This document shows positions 61,476 through 64,000 of a DNA stretch of 64,000 nucleotides, one piece after another. This DNA is from Octopus sinensis (taxonomy: Eukaryota): assembly GCF_006345805.1 (NCBI RefSeq), contig NC_043013.1:13454001-13518000 (forward strand). Reading direction: 5' to 3'. The notes beneath the pieces are model-generated. The model ran no database searches. It saw nothing but the letters and a program-made list of their open reading frames with translations, and was not told the DNA's origin. The number at the start of each line of letters is the position of its first letter. The stretch's first letter is position 1. The position numbers were made by a program, and so were the translations under genes.

Positions 61476-62559
61476 GTAAATTTTTGTTTCAGTTATTTTC
61501 TTTTTTTAACTTTTTATCTAATCTTTTCTCCATATTAACATTAAATATTGATTTATAACATTTTACTGTTAATGTTTGAATGTTTAATATTAATTATTAA
61601 GTTTTAACATTTAAACATTAGATTACATCAAGGAATCAAGAAAAGACCCTTATAATTTCCATTCATGTTACAATGCTCATTTTGTGATAAAGGAATTAAT
61701 ATAATATATTCAAGGTTTTTGGTTTTTGTGTGTGTGTTGCTTTTCTATTTTACTTGAAGTGAAAAAGTAAAATGATTGAGTGAATAAGGTGTTAGATTAC
61801 CAGACCTTAGAGAATGAGTTCTATTCTACTTCAGGTATTTCATTGTTTCTGGGAAAAATACCATATTCTACATAGCCTCAGTTTCCTTAGTTATCAAGAA
61901 TAAACACATCAGTTTGGCAGTGTTCCGTCTCTTCTCAAATATTATCAATCATCTTGGTCGCTTGTTTGACATTGGATCTAGTTTCTGGTTCTGCTTAGAA
62001 TTTGTGTGCAATGGACATAACTCAAAAATTAATTCGTTTGTCTAGATTTACTATTTCTAAGAGATTAAAGGAGTATGTGGTTATATAGCAGAGAACTCTT
62101 GCTAAATACAGCAGGAGCCTGGTTCTATGAGCATTATCTCAGGAGCCTTATTTGTTTTTGTTGATTCTTGGGATTCAGTCATATTATTTACATGAATCAA
62201 AGTAGTAAAAATAAAGACAACACATGACTTGTAGCTTTTTAATCTCTAACCACCACCTGTTTCAGAAATCCTTCAAAGACCCTAGATACTTCACTTTTCC
62301 CTTTGTCTAAGTTAGAAATATTATAACAATGAAAATATAAAAAGAAAGAGGTACCTTGAGGACTGTAGGAAATTTGAATTAAACTGGGGAATATGCTAGG
62401 TGGAGAAGAACTTTGTAGCCAAGTTTCCTCAACTTCTGGAGCATCATTAGTGAAACCTATGGCCGAGCATTGTCACGAAGAATGATTGGCTCTCTTCTGT
62501 TGCCTTGTCTGGAACGGAGTAGTAGCAGTTTTTTGTTCATTTTGCGTAAAAAGTAAGCA

Positions 62560-63325
62560 ACATTTTAAATCATGAAGAATTTGTACTGGATTTTTTTCAG
62601 AGTTTTGAATTATTTAAAGCACTTTATTGCAATTGTATGATAATATAGACATAGACTTAACCAAATGCAACGGTAAATTAACATTGATATTTCTTTAGCC
62701 GTTGTCAGAATCATCTGAAATGGAGTTGTCAATGCGCGATATTCAAGCAAGTTTGCTATTCAACTTCAAAATTGGATGCAAAGCAGCTGAAACTGCTTGT
62801 GATATCAACGAAACATTTGTTGAGTTGTCATCTCGAAAATAGTTTAAACGATTTTGCAGTGGAGACTAGGGCCTTGAAGATTGTGAGCGTAGCCCATCTG
62901 TCATCGATTACAGTAAATTAAAGACCGTCATTGAGAAAGATCCCTGTACAACGACCTGAGAACTAGCACGTGAACTTCACGTTAACCAGAAAACTGTTTG
63001 AAACCATTTGTATGCAATCGAAAAATCAATAAAGCTCGACAAATGAGTACCACACGATTTGAATGAATATCAGGAAATGTACAGATATGAAATTTGTTCG
63101 TTGTTTCTTCTCCGTAACCAGACCGAACCATTTTTCAACCATATTGTAACTTGTAAGAAAAGTAGATTCTGTACAATTAAAAAGAAGTCTTTGCAGTGGT
63201 CGGAGAGTAATATGGAGTACTAAAACATTTCCTAAACCTGAGCTCTTCACATGGTTATAGTGACTGTTTTGTTGGTCACTGATGGAGTCATCCCCTTATA
63301 ATTTCTTTAAACCCGGAAAAATCAT
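62560..63325 (+). mobile_element. Degenerate mariner (SETMAR-type) transposase, 3'-truncated
   Basis: From ATG 62720: LLFNFKIGCKAAETACDIN..F...FKRFCSGD..LED...ELARELHV..KTV..HL....KLDK.VPHDL; multiple stops. Confidence 0.85.
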
Positions 63326-63940
63326 TAACTTAGACAACAGTCGATCAAAATCAGGTCCTTCAATACTTGTTGAATTTTTGAACACACTTAAATCCATTGG
63401 GATGCTACCGCATAGCTTGACATTAAAACTGGGTGCTCCCATTATGTTGCATAAGAATCTTGACCCATTTAGCCTGTGTAATGGAACTCACTTAATTGTT
63501 ACTTCCAAGAAGCCCCATGTCCTTCAGGCAACAATCATAACAGGTAGTCACAAAGAAGAAAATGTCCTTATTTCAAAAATTCCTCTCGTACCTACAGATG
63601 TTCCATTTGAATTTAAGAGGCTTCAGTTTCTAGTCAAACTAAGTTTTGGTATTTCAGTTAACAAATATCAGAGTCAATCCCTCAAAGTAGTTGGACTTGA
63701 TCTCTCCACTACAAACTTCTCCCACGTCCAACCTTTGTTACTCCCTTGCGAGTTGGAAGCAGCAATAATTATTTCAACACCAACAAAAAATGGCACAGTG
63801 AATATTGTTTACCCTGAGGTGCTTCGGCATTGACAGATTTTCAGTTCAAAATTCTATTAACATTACAATTTGTATATATTATTGTTTACTAATGTAAATA
63901 AGAAATGCAATAACCCAGACAACGTCGGTCATTCAGCTAG
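63326..63940 (+). mobile_element. Helitron 3' fragment: Pif1-type helicase C-terminus plus hairpin/CTAG terminus
   Basis: EFLNTL..GM.PH.L.LK.GAPIML.KNLDP..LCNGT.L.V...QF.VKL.F..SVNK.Q.QSL.VVGLDL; GAC-AAC-GTC hairpin near 63914-63928 and CTAG at 63937-63940. Confidence 0.9.
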
Positions 63941-64000
63941 CATACACACGCACACACACATACATATAAACACACGTATACATAATTATATATATACATG

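Overview
AT-rich, repeat-saturated animal genomic DNA. The SINE/LINE repertoire resembles Octopus/cephalopod (recognised from memory, not verified). One host gene family is recognisable: TRPM-channel-like N-terminal (SLOG/MHR1-2, start of MHR3) coding exons in three groups. (A1) Three early exons on the MINUS strand: 14018-14058, 8875-8959, 3075-3252. (A2) Three later exons on the PLUS strand: 19545-19654, 27910-27998, 29302-29486. (B) A paralogous set of early exons on the plus strand: 41682-41719, 45436-45520, 52114-52293 (1-nt frameshift), 61312-61475. A1 and B come from an old genomic duplication of about 11 kb, with homologous introns. A 100-N scaffold gap (16354-16453) lies between A1 and A2. 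Flipping the left contig puts A1+A2 in normal TRPM exon order, followed directly by a second N-terminal module (B), with no MHR4, transmembrane or pore exons seen in between. The rest is decayed mobile DNA: R4/Dong-like REL LINEs tied to (TAA)n tracts, RTE and CR1 LINEs, tRNA-derived SINEs, hAT, mariner, Helitron and unclassified transposase remnants, two minimal hammerhead-ribozyme-like motifs, palindromes and microsatellites. All identities come from reading and translating the sequence by eye; no database search was run.
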